From positions 1 to 52,346 of the forward strand of contig KZ538708.1 of the NCBI GenBank assembly GCA_000934665.2: a stretch of 52,346 nt of DNA, read 5' to 3'. The stretch comes from Catajapyx aquilonaris (lineage: Eukaryota). Under the pieces are notes generated by a model. The model saw only the letters and a program-made list of their open reading frames with translations, did not search any database and was not told where the DNA came from. The position numbers and the translations under genes are program-made. Of the stretch, positions 50,201-52,346 are shown piece by piece; position 1 is the stretch's first letter; every line of letters begins with the position of its first letter.

Positions 50201-51483
50201 TTGCTCTATGATATTTTATTTACAAGTGCAGTGGGGCATAAATTTAAATCCTGAATAAAACATTTTGATGTATTATTATCCTGACTCTAATATATGGACA
50301 CATAGGAAATGTAGTTTTGTACTGTTGGCTGACAATTGGGATAATGGCAACACACAATATAATATTATTACCACTGAATGTGTCCAGACCTTACGAGTCA
50401 CCTTGTAGTCGAACGGTTCGGCTGACTGGCACCTTTCTTGCATGTGTTCATGTGTCTTGGGGGTGAATAATTTTATGGTGCGAATAACTCAAAATCGCCA
50501 AAATCGTGATTTATCCCCTTTTCAAATTTGCGATATGACGTGTGTTAGTTATGTTGCAGAGCATGGGTTTGAGTTAATGCCTTACTCGTAATATGACTGT
50601 TTGGGCCTGTATTTCGGCTTTTGTATACATCAGTTTCTACCCCTTTAATTCCTGCGATGAAATTAAAAGGTTACACCCCAAATATCAATGCGCATGATAT
50701 TTGTGCACTTCTGAGCCATATACGCAGCTCAACTACCGCTATTTCCACTGCCGCCTGAGCGGATAAGAACATGTCGTGGAGAACATTATTTTGTATTTGG
50801 TTGCCTAACGCGCCATCAACATAACTTTATTTTGGAACAATGAAATGAACGAAGCGATTTGTTTACAACTAACAATACATTCATGGCATAAATAAAGCCT
50901 TGCTGCACCACTAAAAGACATATTGACAACCTTTGTTGTTAAATGTTGGCAACAATAAAATGTATCAATGCTAATTATAAGTAACACAGATCCCTGGTCA
51001 TTTAATATTATATACAGACCTAAAACGAGTTTTGAAAGATTTAAATGTAATATTATTACAAGCATACAAGTATTTCTTTAAATAAATATAATTTAATACC
51101 CTACTTTATATTCCTATCTTCAATACATATTAACACATTTTAATCAATAATCCTAGGAGTTTTGCCTAAAATTTTAAATATTCTGCTTAACAATTTGTAT
51201 ACGTTAAGGAATGATAAATCATTAAACAAAAAGGCTTTCCAGATATGCATTTTCACTTGAATTGCAAATGCAGTACTTAAAATGAAAGGTTCGCGTTATT
51301 AGTGAAGTTTTTTCAGGAATTACAGTATGTCTGCACCAGAAACATTTCACATTCTGATGCATTCCAAAATCTCTGACTCTGAATATTACACGACAGAATA
51401 TTTAAAAGAAACCAAAACTAAATACCAGCTTTGGAAGATACAGTATGTGAAGGAACAAATATATGCGAATATTATTCACCATA

Positions 51484-51580
51484 ATTCAACTGTTTATCAG
51501 TTACGGATGAGCTAAATTCAAATTATCACGGCCCGTGATAATTTGAATTTAGCTCATCCGTAACTGATAAACAGTTGAAT
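51484..51580. repeat. Perfect 97-bp palindrome (48-bp arms, 1-nt centre)
   Basis: ATTCAACTGTTTATCAGTTACGGATGAGCTAAATTCAAATTATCACGG-c-CCGTGATAATTTGAATTTAGCTCATCCGTAACTGATAAACAGTTGAAT. Confidence 0.95.
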
Positions 51581-52049
51581 GGGTTGAAGATTGTATTATT
51601 AGTTTAGATAAATTTGTATGTCACATTTTTCTAGGATCCTGTAATGTTTATATTATAATTCTGACTTTACCATCCGAAAGTAACCTTAGAGGACTATATT
51701 AAACAATGCGTAACACAATATATTGCGGCTAAAATGTGAATCTGATCCTTCTGCATTCCAGATCTTCATACTAACTTCTAAGTGATGCCATCAATTTCAA
51801 TAAAAAAGAAACTCCTGATTGCATATCAGAAACAATGCAATTACCAACATTATTCAATGGAGAAAAATTAAATTGTCAAAAGTGAAGCAAAAGGACTGAC
51901 CCACTTCACCTTTTTATTAGTTACAAATTTTAAGCATTTATAATAAATACTACTATCATAAACAATTTATGAGCAGAATTTCCCATCTTCATGGACCTTC
52001 CGACCCTCTTCACTGTGATAGACAGCACTGTAACCATGCTATCACTGTA

Positions 52050-52346
52050 CACTCTTAGTCCGGTCACCTTTAATATCCCCTTTAGAGTTGTTTTAAAGGT
52101 GATCCGTAATGCGGCAGTAGGGAATTATAGGTGATTCGTTGAATAAAGGTGACAGGAGGAAGTAATTTCCGCATCAATAAAGGTGACGTCAATGTATAGG
52201 GGACAATGACAGGAGGATTTTAAGGTGACACAGGTTTAGAGGTGACGTACTGAGATGGGAGCTGCCGTGGTCACCTTTAAACGGGAAATATCACCTCTAA
52301 ATCAAAATTGGCAGGATCGTGACGTCAGTGGTCACGTGACTTGGTG
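52050..52346. mobile_element. Probable left end of a CACTA/EnSpm-like element with subterminal repeats; runs off the window
   Basis: Starts CACTCTTAG and is followed by about nine AGGTGA/TCACCT motifs in both orientations within about 240 bp. The other end is not visible. Confidence 0.5.

Noticed and set aside
52060..52300. CRISPR-like or tandem array interpretation of the spaced repeats
   Set aside because: Repeats are only 6-9 bp, occur in both orientations with irregular spacing, and the context is eukaryotic with no cas genes.

Overview
Animal genomic DNA, probably arthropod judging from the protein sequence. The only well-supported protein-coding sequence is the large terminal exon (8766-11443, +) of a BCL11A/BCL11B-family C2H2 zinc-finger transcription factor (the family of Drosophila CG9650/Chronophage). 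It is preceded by at least 8.7 kb of GC-rich intron with no recognisable transposons, and followed by an inferred 3' UTR of about 6 kb. The remaining ~35 kb is a gene desert. In it, GC-rich, apparently transposon-free islands (candidate enhancers) alternate with AT-rich spacers carrying DNA-transposon relics: several MITEs with clear TIRs and TSDs, an internally deleted mariner, long palindromes and a CACTA-like end. One intact, intronless tRNA-Arg(TCT) gene lies at 44144-44216. I did not find convincing evidence of a new biological system. The best leads are a phase-compatible cryptic donor/acceptor pair that could give an alternative BCL11 C-terminus, an excess of TA-NNN-TA words resembling transposon excision footprints, a rearranged mariner, and clustered BCL11-type TGACCA sites in the gene's own intron. 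All motif counts were made by eye and no database searches were run.
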